From Macrostomum lignano (lineage: Eukaryota), in assembly GCA_002269645.1 (NCBI GenBank), contig NIVC01000795.1, forward strand, positions 186,001 to 250,000: a stretch of 64,000 bases of DNA, in the 5' to 3' direction. A program made the translations under genes and the position numbers. Shown in pieces: positions 39,302 through 49,670 of the stretch. Each line of letters starts with the position of its first letter. Position 1 is the stretch's first letter. The notes under the pieces were generated by a model. The model made no database searches and was not told the DNA's origin. It saw nothing but the letters and a program-made list of their open reading frames with translations.

Positions 39302-41554
39302 GATTTATTGTCACAAAACTTACACAAAACTTAACACAAACAACTGCACTTAGCCATGGAGATAAGCTGAAATTATTGACATTGATCTGTGTGGATAAAA
39401 TTAGAATTATCAGCACGGGACCATAGGGATAAGCACTTCCAAAAATTAATTATAAGATAATGTTGACTGTTAAAGATATATAAATATCAAGCTAGGCCCT
39501 AATAAATAAACTATCAATTTTGAAAATAAAAATATGAAACTTTAGGCTTAGCTTAAGACTAAACTAAGTCATTTTTATTTTTGCAATAAAACATTCAATT
39601 TAAAGTTGAAACACTAAAATTTGAAGCCATATGAATATTATATACCTATTATATAAACTAATGGCCTATACTGCTATAGGCCTATATTCTCTAATATTAA
39701 ATAAGTTTAAAATAGTGAATAGCCAATTTATCCATTCATTAACAGTTATAAAAAAATAGAATTTAATATTAAAATTCTATTCAAGAACATTCAAGGACAT
39801 TCAAGAACATTGATGACTTGGATCGGACTTAAAATCAATTGTTTCAAATCTTAAACAATAGAACAAGAAACACTGTTTGTTTTTCAATTAAAAGCAAATA
39901 ATCGCGAAATTAAGCAACTCAATTAGTTTAAAAACAATATACATTGAATCTGACTGGGTCTGGTTTACAGCAAATTTTGTTATTTTTCTTTAGGCTATTA
40001 ACGAGCAGACTTTCTGTACGCTGAGAACGCTGACTTCATAAATTCCGAATATTCACTGGTTTTAGGAATAATGAGCAACCTAAAATCTTTCCTAGGCCTA
40101 CTCGTTCTTGAACAATCCTTCGTCTACTGGTCTGAGTTGGACCTGTGGACAACTGAAGTGGAATGGAATGACGTTACACACTATTTTCTTAGAAATAAAG
40201 ATGGAGTTCATTAGAGAATGTATATTCACACGTATATACAATGGTCCTTGCGTATATTTTTCGTATTGCTGTAGTTCAGTAATGCAGTTAGCATGGTCTC
40301 GAGAAATCACAATTGTTTACATGGCGAAACAGCTAATTCAGTGCTTCTACTGCTGTCGAGGCATCCGAGATTTTCGCTATAGAGCAAGGTCCACTGTATA
40401 CAACTATATACAGTAGTCCTTGCGCTAGAGTATCAAATACTCTTTGATAGTATATTCTGCTGTTTTCAAAAGTCCTAAAGTCGATCATTTGTTGAAAATT
40501 GCGCAATCTATTTAAAAATGGTGATTCCGGTTCATTCTACCAAGGTATAATGAGACAGACTTGATCCACGACGTCTGACTCAATCTGAAGTTTTCAGTTG
40601 CAATTCCAGACTCTCGATCCCGTGCTGTTCCACACGTCGACCCCATACATTTGGGTGCTTGTTGGCATCGTGAGTGTTCAATTCAAGGCAGATATCCTTG
40701 GGGCTGCTGAACAGAGGCTAAGCAACAGGCTTAGCTAGTGACCAATCCTAGTAACCATCATCTAGTAGGACTTTGGTAAAATATGAAAGGGCAACCTGAA
40801 CTTGAAAAATGAAATTAATGTTTTCCTTAAATCCTTAATAGAAATTACATCTGCGGTGCATAAAAAATGCAATGCCCATCATGCATGCACTTTGTTGGAC
40901 GGCTTGCGAGAAACTGTTTCGTTCGGGGTGACCTCTGCATGAAGTAACTCGCCCGCTCCTTTGTGGCAGAGGCGACGAAAATGCCAAGAACATGTTGGTT
41001 GCCAACGTCTGGTTTTATAACATAGAGAGACCTTGCAGAGACAAAACCGTCTTTGGGAACCTGAGAACATCTCTCGACTCGCATGCACTAAGATAATACT
41101 TCTGCTTAAGGCGGCTGTGTATAGTTCTCACAATGAAAAGTGTGCAAGACCGGCCTGGCCCTGGGCCCGTTAAACTGACCGAGAGGGTAGTTATGAGTAA
41201 ATTTCATTGTAAAAAATCGGGCTCAATGGCTCTCTTACAGGTAAAAGTTGCCTGTTACCAGGCCGCAGTGCCCCAATAGCCAGATGCCTGCCTTGTTTCT
41301 ATGACTTATAAATGGGGACAAAACTTGGGTACGTGCCCAACGCCTCCGAGGCAAGGGGGTTTCAAGTTCGAGTTTTATCGACAGAGAGTACGTCCTCAGA
41401 TCTCCACTATAAACTTTCTGCATCTGCTGAACGAACTCAGTTATTGAAAGCAAGGTAGTTCGTAATTTATATTAATTTTTAACTTTTAGTGCATTCGTTG
41501 ACATGCATGACTAGCTTCCAGCCCCATTCTTGTCTATGAGCTAATCTAATCTTG

Positions 41555-42700
41555 GCCGAATCTCATACCACCGAATCCCACCGAATCTCTCCGAATCTCT
41601 CCGAATCTCATTTCACCGAATCTCGCCGTATCTCACCAAATCTCATCTCACCGAATCTCACCGAATCTCACTAAATCACTCCGAATCTTACCGATTCTCA
41701 TTTCATCGACTCTCATTACACCAACACAACAACAACAAAATACGCTGTCATGATGGTAAAAGTCAGCGTCACAGGGCGCGCTTCATGGCTTGGGCGCGAA
41801 CAAAGGCCGCGCCACCGGCAGTGTCCGGGGCGCCGGCGTCAGCCAGCAGACAGTCGACATAACGCCGAGTTCGCGCTTGACCTCGCCGGTAGGGTGCCTG
41901 CAGCGTGAGCAGCAGCACCTCCTGCACCGGCTGTGGGCAGTACGACTCGGCGCGGATGAGATGGCCTGCGAGCTGGAGTCGCCGACGGCGCAGTAGATCA
42001 CTTGGACGTGGCAGGCTAGCGCGGCGATAGAGTACCGCGTTGGTGACTCGCTCGACGCCGATGTTGAAGGCGGCGCGCAGCAGACCAGCGTGCGCCGCAT
42101 CGACTTGCTGTTCGAGTGAGTCCGTCAGCGTCCAGGTCTCGGCGTTGTACAGCAGGACGGTCTCGATTACCGCCTGGAACAGCGCCGCCCTCTGGCGGTC
42201 CGGTAGGGCCTCGGACTGCAGGACTGCCCTCACAGAACGAAAGGCAGCCCAGGCAAGCCCGCGGCGGCGTCGCAGGTCCTCGCGAGCGTCTGGAACCAGA
42301 CCGCCGAGGTAGACGAACTGCTGACATCGCGGGAGTTCGGTCGCCTGCCCGTCAGCGCCTCGGCAAAATATTGCAGCCTCGATGTCGTCCGGCACGCAGA
42401 GCACAACGGTCTTCTGCGTGTTGACCACCAGGCCGACACTCGCCGCAACGGCAACCAGCCTGTCCAGCTGCCGTTGGGCGCCCTCGACGGTCGAGGACAG
42501 CAGGGCGAGGTCGTCGGCGTAGCCAATCTCTCCGAATCTCATCTCACCGAATCTCATCTCACCGAATCTCACTGAATCTCACTGAATCTCTCCGAATCTC
42601 TCCAAATCTCATCTCACCGAATCTCATCTCACCGAATCCCACCGAATCTCTCCGAATCTCACTTCACCGAACCTAATTATTTAATCGAATCTCATCTCGC
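41555..42700. repeat. Short-unit satellite (accgaatctc variants) split by a LINE fragment
   Basis: Arrays at about 41555-41715 and 42525-42700. Confidence 0.88.
41721..42524 (-). mobile_element. 5'-truncated RTE-like non-LTR retrotransposon (RT C-terminal part)
   Basis: GYADDLALL...VGLVVNTQKT...FVYLGG...LLYNAETWTL...KRAL*, then gcgtatt(ttg)n tail. Same family as 13289-14075. Confidence 0.88.
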
Positions 42701-42844
42701 AGGCTCTCATCCTACTGAATCTTGTCTCACACCTCATATCCCATATCGCTGTAGCTCGTATACCTAAAAAACTACTTTCTTTAACCCTCGTTGTCAGCGA
42801 ACTTCAAAATTCATGAATGTACTCCATACATTTTGCCGCCAGCG

Positions 42845-43507
42845 ATGGCTGCCGCTCGCTCCGCCGCCCCACCGCTGGGTCCGGGTGCCCCAGCCGGAAG
42901 CAGCCACGCCATCTTCGACGGATTCGACCAGTCTGATTGGCCCGAGAAACCGATGCCACCGGCGGAGGTGCCCGATCCGACACCCAGAGACGACAACCGC
43001 GTCCAGACGAAAGTGCGGCCGGCTATGCAGTACCGATTCACGGACAAGCTGCTATTCATGGACGAGTTGTTGATTCACGCCAGCGATAAACAATTCAAAG
43101 AAGCGTTGAAATTTGCTAACAGCAAAGACGAAAGCACTCTGAAGCTGCACGAAGATGAGCACTCGAGAACTGCGGCTCACTATGCTGCAATGAGCTCTGA
43201 AGGAAAAGAACTACTCAAGACGTTGATCGAGAAGGCGGGTAAATCTTGCCTTGACCATCGAGACTCGAACTCAGCTACTCCGCTTCACTACGCTGCTCAG
43301 AACTATCGTATTGAGCAGTTTCACCAGCTGCATCCCGACGCCGAGCAGGAGCTGCGGAGCTCAAAGATGAGGGATCAAGCTGGAGACACGCTGGCCCACT
43401 ACGCTGCCAGAAACACTACAGATGAGTCAGTCCTGAGATCGGCGCTTCACGAGAATCTCCCTGCTATGCTATGGAAGAACAATAGAGGTCATACATGTGG
43501 CCGTTGA
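42845..43507 (+). CDS. N-terminal part of an ankyrin-repeat TRP channel, upstream of the frameshift
   Basis: Acceptor ttttgccgccAG precedes the ATG at 42845. Ankyrin repeats RTAAHYAA, ATPLHYAA and DTLAHYAA; the frame breaks inside the next repeat (NRGHT...HVAVEH). Confidence 0.75.
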   Translation: MAAARSAAPPLGPGAPAGSSHAIFDGFDQSDWPEKPMPPAEVPDPTPRDDNRVQTKVRPAMQYRFTDKLLFMDELLIHASDKQFKEALKFANSKDESTLKLHEDEHSRTAAHYAAMSSEGKELLKTLIEKAGKSCLDHRDSNSATPLHYAAQNYRIEQFHQLHPDAEQELRSSKMRDQAGDTLAHYAARNTTDESVLRSALHENLPAMLWKNNRGHTCGR

Positions 43508-46466
43508 GCATTGCGGTGATGAGCTGGTGAACCATCTGCTCGAACAGGCCAGAGAGCACCTTGGGAATAGGATAAATGAAGAAAAGATTGCAGTTGACAA
43601 CGACGGAGACACGCTGGCTCACTGTGCCGCTAGGAACGAAAATCCAGGCTGCCAAAATGATGAAGTGTTTGAAGAAGTGAAGACATTTTTCGGCAACGAG
43701 TGCCTCAGCTGGAAGGATTCGGCGGGACAGTCAGTGCTGAAGACAGTCATTCAGCGTTGCGCCGACGAAACGGCTAAGCAGATGGTGGAGGCGTTTGCTG
43801 ACAAAAAATTGCAGCAACTAAGAGAATATGCTGATGAAGAGAAAAACAGCTACCTGCACATTGCGGCAATGAGCGAAAAATGCAAAACATTCGCCAGAAT
43901 ATTAGAGATCCTGAAGCAAGCCAGCACTGAAGACGAATGCATTGAGCTAATTAGCGAAAAAAGAAATGACGACGGCCAAACAGTATTGCATATCGTGGCT
44001 GGCGGTGACAAGAAACTCTTGAAAGCAATTCGGGAAAAGTTGACAACCCTCAAATTAAATAACTTCATTGCCGATCGCGATGGCAGAGGCAGAAATATGC
44101 TCTTCTACGCTTGCATGGCGTGGAATTTTTCGCTCCTGAAGATCCTGCAGAGCCAATCAGACGCTTTCAAAGAAGTTGATGCCGACGAGAATAGCCTCTT
44201 GCACGCCATGTTCTTAAATCACAGAGTCGATGAACTTGTTTCTTCGGAGGAATTTTTCCAAAACGTGGCCTTTCTTGCCGAGAAAATGCCAAATGGCGTG
44301 AATCACGAGAACAATCTAAAAAAGAACTTTCTTCACTGCTCGCAATTAAAGGAGAAAGTTCTCATTAAAATTTTAAGTGCCGCGGTCGATAGTCCGATTT
44401 TGAAAAAAGTTTTTCTTAACAAGGATGGCGTTCACGTAGTTCACGAGTTCGCGAGCCGGTACAACCTGGAGAATCTGATCGAACCTCTCGCCTCGATTGC
44501 GAATGCCGAGAAAGCCGAACTACGCAGCAAGGTAGTGGAACGGGGTCCCAACAAAGGTGCCAATTGCCTGCACTTCGCTTGTCAAGCAGGCCACCAGGCC
44601 AACATTGCCTATTTAACGAAAAACGGCCTTAAAATAACTGACATGGACCACGATGGGCTGACTTGCATCGACTACGCTCGCGATGCTGACCAGCTGAAAA
44701 AGTTAGTGGAGGCCCAGGGCTTCCAACCGATCGAGGCTTGCCGTCTTTTTGACCCACTGCACCGTGCAGTGAAGCTGCCTGACCGGCCGGCCGCGATGCA
44801 GCACATTGCTCGAATTGTCGACCAGGTGGTGAAAGAAAAGTTAGAAAGAGGCCCATCAAGATTTAAAAGGGAGAACCAGTCGTCACAGGGGGTCTCCGTG
44901 TTGCAAGCAGCCTGGGATGATGACTCACCCCAAGCGTTTCGCAGCGCACTAAAACTAAGCTTACTAGGGGCAAAGACAGAGAAAGGATTCATTCGACAGT
45001 GGATCAAAGACCACCCAGATGATAGTTCTATAGATAAAAATCCAATCGAGATGCAACTAATTGACCTTGCACTTAAACACAACAAACTCGATCTTCTGCC
45101 TGACCTCATCATCACGAGGCAGTTCGAACTGATTCCCAGCTGCATTAGACTAATCATTCAGCTGAAGAGAAAGATCAAAAAGCACGATGTTTATCACGAC
45201 CAGCTAAAGAGTCTCGCAAGCAAAGTCATCAGCATAGCCGTAAACACGCTTGGCCAGCTGTATGCAAATTCAGATGACAAAGATAGAGAGCTTTTATTCA
45301 ATTACATCAGAGGCGAAATCGGAGGTCCAAGGTACAGCATTGACGAAAATGAAAACAGTAGAGCGACCAGATGCTGCAGCGGTGAGTCTCAACGGTGCAC
45401 AGTTTTGGACCTCGTTGAAATTGCTGAATGCGAAGACCTGTTTGCTACAGACTGCATCTACAAACTGGCTAAGGAGGAGTGGAAGAAGGCAAAGAACTGC
45501 GGAAGTCCAACTACCCACTTCGGATTTAGCCTAGCTACCTACATCGTATTCATGTTGTACTTTGTTTGGTTTGTTACCGACTTTAAGACGACATTCAATT
45601 CGTTTGTGAGCGACGCAATTCTGACTGCGTTTGCGCTGCTGTTTCTTGTGCTCGAAGTATTTGACTTTACCTTGCTGCCACCAAAAGCAATCTGTTGTGG
45701 TGGTAGGTCGAGTAAGTGCTCGATGTACTGGAGAAATGTGTACAATGTGTTTGACTTCATAGCTCTATTGCTTTTGTGGCTTGGTATCGTCTGGAAGTGG
45801 GCCATTTTCGGAGAGCCTGGTGACGTCACTGCCTACGCATGCCAGTGCATTCTAAGCACGTCATTCCTTTTCTGCGGATTTCGTTCTGTTGCCTTCCTAA
45901 GCTCATGGCAAAAGACGGGGCACGTTATCGTCATGCTGAAGAAGCTAATGATAGGAGACTTGGTACCGTTCCTTGCGATCAGTGCGATCATTTTTCTATC
46001 GTTTGGAGTGTTTTTCTTCAATTTGCTGTTCCCATCAACCACCGCGCAGTCAAGCGAGACGCAGGCCGAGTTCTACTGGTGGCGAGTCATGCTGCAGGTT
46101 TTAACGATGCCGTTCGATCTGCTGTTTACCAACTTTGAACGCATTCAGTTTGACACTCCTAGAAGCGACTTGAGTCAGGAAGTCGGATCAGTGGCTAACG
46201 CTATCGGTCTGTCTTGGTTCCGCAATCTCACGCTATTTGTTTTCCTCCTGCTGGTGAACATTGTGATGGTTAACCTGCTGATCGCTCTGTTCAACCTTCG
46301 GGTGAGCACGCTTCACAGTAAGGCCATCGGAATCTGGAGACAGGGATATTTTGAGCTGCTTCGCGAGTACCAGCAGCGAGCTGCACTGTACTGCTGTTGC
46401 ATCAACCGAACGTGTTCGCGAGTTGGTCCCGACGGAAAACCAGAGTCGGTGAGTTCGGGCTTGTAA
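43497..46466 (+). CDS. Divergent group-1 TRP cation channel (about 11-12 further ankyrin repeats, pre-S1 region, S1-S6, TRP-box-like helix); frameshifted from the upstream part, so a possible pseudogene or assembly error
   Basis: 989-aa open frame. Six hydrophobic helices, S4-S5 linker FLSSWQKTGHVIVMLKKLMIGDL, and S6/TRP helix NIVMVNLLIALFNLRV...IWRQGYFELLREY. A strong donor GTGAGT at 46449 suggests the true exon ends at 46448. Confidence 0.85.
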   Translation: MAVEHCGDELVNHLLEQAREHLGNRINEEKIAVDNDGDTLAHCAARNENPGCQNDEVFEEVKTFFGNECLSWKDSAGQSVLKTVIQRCADETAKQMVEAFADKKLQQLREYADEEKNSYLHIAAMSEKCKTFARILEILKQASTEDECIELISEKRNDDGQTVLHIVAGGDKKLLKAIREKLTTLKLNNFIADRDGRGRNMLFYACMAWNFSLLKILQSQSDAFKEVDADENSLLHAMFLNHRVDELVSSEEFFQNVAFLAEKMPNGVNHENNLKKNFLHCSQLKEKVLIKILSAAVDSPILKKVFLNKDGVHVVHEFASRYNLENLIEPLASIANAEKAELRSKVVERGPNKGANCLHFACQAGHQANIAYLTKNGLKITDMDHDGLTCIDYARDADQLKKLVEAQGFQPIEACRLFDPLHRAVKLPDRPAAMQHIARIVDQVVKEKLERGPSRFKRENQSSQGVSVLQAAWDDDSPQAFRSALKLSLLGAKTEKGFIRQWIKDHPDDSSIDKNPIEMQLIDLALKHNKLDLLPDLIITRQFELIPSCIRLIIQLKRKIKKHDVYHDQLKSLASKVISIAVNTLGQLYANSDDKDRELLFNYIRGEIGGPRYSIDENENSRATRCCSGESQRCTVLDLVEIAECEDLFATDCIYKLAKEEWKKAKNCGSPTTHFGFSLATYIVFMLYFVWFVTDFKTTFNSFVSDAILTAFALLFLVLEVFDFTLLPPKAICCGGRSSKCSMYWRNVYNVFDFIALLLLWLGIVWKWAIFGEPGDVTAYACQCILSTSFLFCGFRSVAFLSSWQKTGHVIVMLKKLMIGDLVPFLAISAIIFLSFGVFFFNLLFPSTTAQSSETQAEFYWWRVMLQVLTMPFDLLFTNFERIQFDTPRSDLSQEVGSVANAIGLSWFRNLTLFVFLLLVNIVMVNLLIALFNLRVSTLHSKAIGIWRQGYFELLREYQQRAALYCCCINRTCSRVGPDGKPESVSSGL

Positions 46467-46477
46467 TTACTTGACTT

Positions 46478-46818
46478 CAAGGACTACTTAAGTAGAAGGA
46501 CGGGAAACCATGAGCTACGTTGACTGAAAATTTTAGGAGGCAGGTTTTTTTTCGAAAAAATACATTACGGAGGTAGGAGAGATTTTAATTTTTCATTACG
46601 AGAATTATTATTGCATTTGATACTCGTAGGAGACAGACCCAACGCTCATCTTTTATTACGTATTGTTTTTCTTATAGCTCTATTGATATTCATAGAGTTT
46701 TTGATTGGAAAATTAGGATTCTATGTTAATTTTATATCCTACGTACAATCGTAGATTTTCCAAATAACTTTTCCGAGATATGTATAGTTTCCCATCATTC
46801 TACTTGGAGTAGTCCTTG
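46478..46818. mobile_element. CAAGG-family MITE with 8-bp TSD (P-element-like ends)
   Basis: TIRs caaggactac and gtagtccttg; TSD cttgactt at 46470-46477 and 46819-46826; the empty site is visible in the paralog at 51214-51221. Confidence 0.9.
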
Positions 46819-47478
46819 CTTGACTTGGCTGCAGGGGGCTCCGGTCATCCGGATGCAGCGGGGAGGCATTGATGCCTATTTGGCCAACAGCCTGGCGACC
46901 TCGTGCAGCTAGTGCTTCCCGTTTGAAGAGTGGATGAAACTCGCCTTATAGCCCTAAGATTGCTAATAATACGGCGGAAATTCTCGGGTCTGAAAACTTC
47001 AGGGACATCCATGTTTGGGCCGAGGTAGTTTAGTTGAGGCGATGCAGTCACAGATGAAGTGCCCCGCATCCTCGACGGCGGAGAGGCAAAAGGGAATTCC
47101 TCATTGCAGATTTTCCCTGGAAATCGCGATGACTGTCGATGCCAGAGAGGGCGGCTTCTCAGGGGCTGTTCAAAAATGTAACGGTTATCCTGAGAGTGTA
47201 AGGGATATAGACGTTAAACTTTTTCAGGTTTGGGAATGAGCTGAACGAAACGCTAGAAAATGAATTTCAAGTGCTGATTTGTAATTTGCAATAATTACAG
47301 TGTGTTGTGTGGTCGGACCCTAGATCCAAAACGATAGAACACAGTAGAGCATTATCTTTTATAGTAAAAATCCTCCGCCTGCCAACTCTTTAAAGGAAAA
47401 AGACGCTGATCAAGGTGGACCAAAGTACTCCGCGACTTTCCTGCAGTATCTGTATTACCAAGCTCTGCTGTTGCGTAG

Positions 47479-47824
47479 GATTCGTCCGAAACTGTCGCGA
47501 GAAGTGGAGAAAAATCGAAGTGGCTTCGAGCAGCTGAAAGCGCATTGCGAGAATAACCTGGCAAGAGTGCATGCTGAGATTAGCGAGGATCTGACTTACT
47601 TAAAACGCAGAATAAAGGAAGTCGAGCACGCCCAGAATCTGCCTGAACGCGACCGAAACAAAGCGAGGCAGTTTGAAAAATATCCGAGACCTACTGACCG
47701 ATCCCAGAGCCAGCAGAGGACTGCAGCTGGATCTGCAGAACGGCAGCCGAGCCAGCAGAGTGTAGGAGGAGCGAGACCAGAACACCGACCACCGGAAAAT
47801 GGCAGGCCACTGTGGGTAAACTAG
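47479..47824 (+). CDS. Probable last exon of the TRP gene (coiled coil), copy 1
   Basis: Possible acceptor ttgcgtAG, then heptad-like EVEKNRSGFEQLKAHCENNLARVHAEISEDLTYLKRRIKEVEHAQ. The paralog at 52488-53322 keeps the frame despite many substitutions. Its splicing link to the channel exon is not established. Confidence 0.5.
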
Positions 47825-48989
47825 CAATGTAGCAAGGAAACTATACAGACTTGTATTTCCAAGAAACAAGCGGTTAAGTCGCAAAATGAATCCCGATTGT
47901 GAGTTCACTCAGTTCTTACGCTCTTATGTTATTGATAATTAGCGATGAACAGAATTAGCTGAGATTAGATTTCCGGGAAAAGCATTCCAATTAATAATTT
48001 TGGCTTCTGGATGAACCGCCAACTTAATAAAATGTCTGCTTCTTAATTGAAGATCTTAATTCCTGATAAGACTAATTCTATTTGTATGAATCTTAAATAT
48101 TGACAAAAACTGTTAACAAAGACACTAAAGACAAATTTTATGTATCATCATTAGCACTAGTGGATGCCATGATAATCTAGTTACTTTAAACTAAATATGT
48201 TTTAAATGCACCTGTCAACCCCAGTCTAATATACTTTCTGTGATACTCTATCGAATATTTCAGATCTACAACAATTAGTACTATACTACACTTTTTGTGT
48301 TATTAATATTGCATATTTTCCTCTTTCTATAATCGACTTCGATCCTGTCTAATGCAGCATTCAAGATTGTTAGTTTTTAAAAATACAATAAAATATTGAT
48401 ACATGGAACTTGCTGTGAGTACACAAAAAGCTTGTATGAGTAGCATTCATTTGTCGTAATTTTAATTATCACCAATGGCGCGAGTTCTTGAATGGGCGCG
48501 GTTGTTGTTGTCATCATAATTTTCACTACCTCCATATCACCATTAATTCAACTTAGGTAAATTTGTTTAAAAATACAATAATTTTCTATAATCCCATTGA
48601 TTTTATACTCATTATTGCCAAAACATCAGTGTAAAAAGGGGTCAACTTAGTTCGAAAATCTTCCAACAACACTTTTACCTGCTACTTGCTCAATCCCAAT
48701 AACAACGTCATTTTCTTGTCTAAAAAATTCGAACATACTACTTTTACAGGCAAACTGCTCAATCCTCTGCATCGAGAATGCAATGTGAATTCTTCAAACC
48801 CCATTCCCTTTGCTGGCAAAACCGGATCACCGCAACTTTCAAAGTCCCAGCAGCTCATGGTCCACAGCCTCTGAAAAAATTACGATAAAAACATTTCTTG
48901 TTGTCTCACCAGGCTCCTACTCCGTCCAACTTCACCCAATTGTATAAATGAAAACACCAATACCAGTGCAAGAAGGAATGCGTTCGGTA

Positions 48990-49670
48990 CATGCAAAGTT
49001 CTGGCTCCAGGTAGAAATTGCGCTAAGTGGAGAAATACTTAATCTGTGACGTTCGGGTTTCGGTCATGCACAGGTCAGCAAAAATGTCCCTGCTAAGCCC
49101 TTGGAGGACAAAGTATAGACGGCAATTTTTTGCCCTTTTAGGTGATTTCTCACAGACACTGTCATTTCATCGCCATCGAAATAGTATTTATGCTTGTGAT
49201 CAAAATCGATCACCCAGCAAACCCAATGAAAATCCGCCGGCCTATCAGCGGTATCAAAGTTCATGATACCGCATTCCCTTTCAGAGGGGACTCGGCCTCG
49301 GTCCTTGCACAGTTCCTTTCTGCCATAGCGCAGTTTCGTATTGTGCTTTTGCAAGAGTTTTAACAGCGCCCATGAATTCCATACCAGGATCAGAGATGCG
49401 ATTTTTTCTGGTTAGGTGGGGATCACAGATACTAGGATAACTAGATGGGCCACTTAGGCATATATACTTAGCAAAACAACTTTCTACTTTCAGTTCAGTA
49501 GCAATGAAGATTATATATGGTATTTTATAGGAATAAAGGCAGCTGAGATGACTTTGATAAGTTTAGAAGCCCAAGCTTATAGACGTAAGCAGCTTGCTAA
49601 TTGGTTCAGCCATAATTTTCGTAAAGTGCTTTCAGTTTCTCGTCTGACATTTTAAGTAAATAAGTATATT
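48990..49670 (-). pseudogene. Degraded Polinton/Maverick remnant: integrase fragment joined to an adenain-type cysteine protease fragment
   Basis: Minus strand, across frameshifts: SDPGMEFMGAVK-LLQKHNTKLRYGRKELCKDRGRV (integrase D-P-G-x-E-F region), then ECGIMNFDTADRPADFHWVCWVIDFDHKHKYYFDG and a shifted VLQGLSRDIFADLC (protease HW, YFD and Q...C motifs). Similarity recognised by eye only. Confidence 0.55.

Larger units (their letters stand above)
37640..39450. mobile_element. Older long-inverted-repeat element hosting the hAT MITE
   Basis: About 75-bp arms: ataattctaattttatccacacagatc...ttcagcttttccccatggc (37678-37738) is inverted to gccatggagataagctgaa...gatctgtgtggataaaattagaattat (39353-39410). 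The ends are degenerate. Confidence 0.6.

Noticed and set aside
40598-41090. Possible exon (LQFQTLDPVLFHTSTPYIWVLVGI, AG...GTGAGT) and nearby protein-like fragments
   Set aside because: Could not be linked to any gene or family; the adjacent frames contain stops.
43480-43515. Programmed frameshift as the explanation for the split TRP ORF
   Set aside because: No slippery sequence, and ankyrin consensus residues are missing, which points to a deletion.
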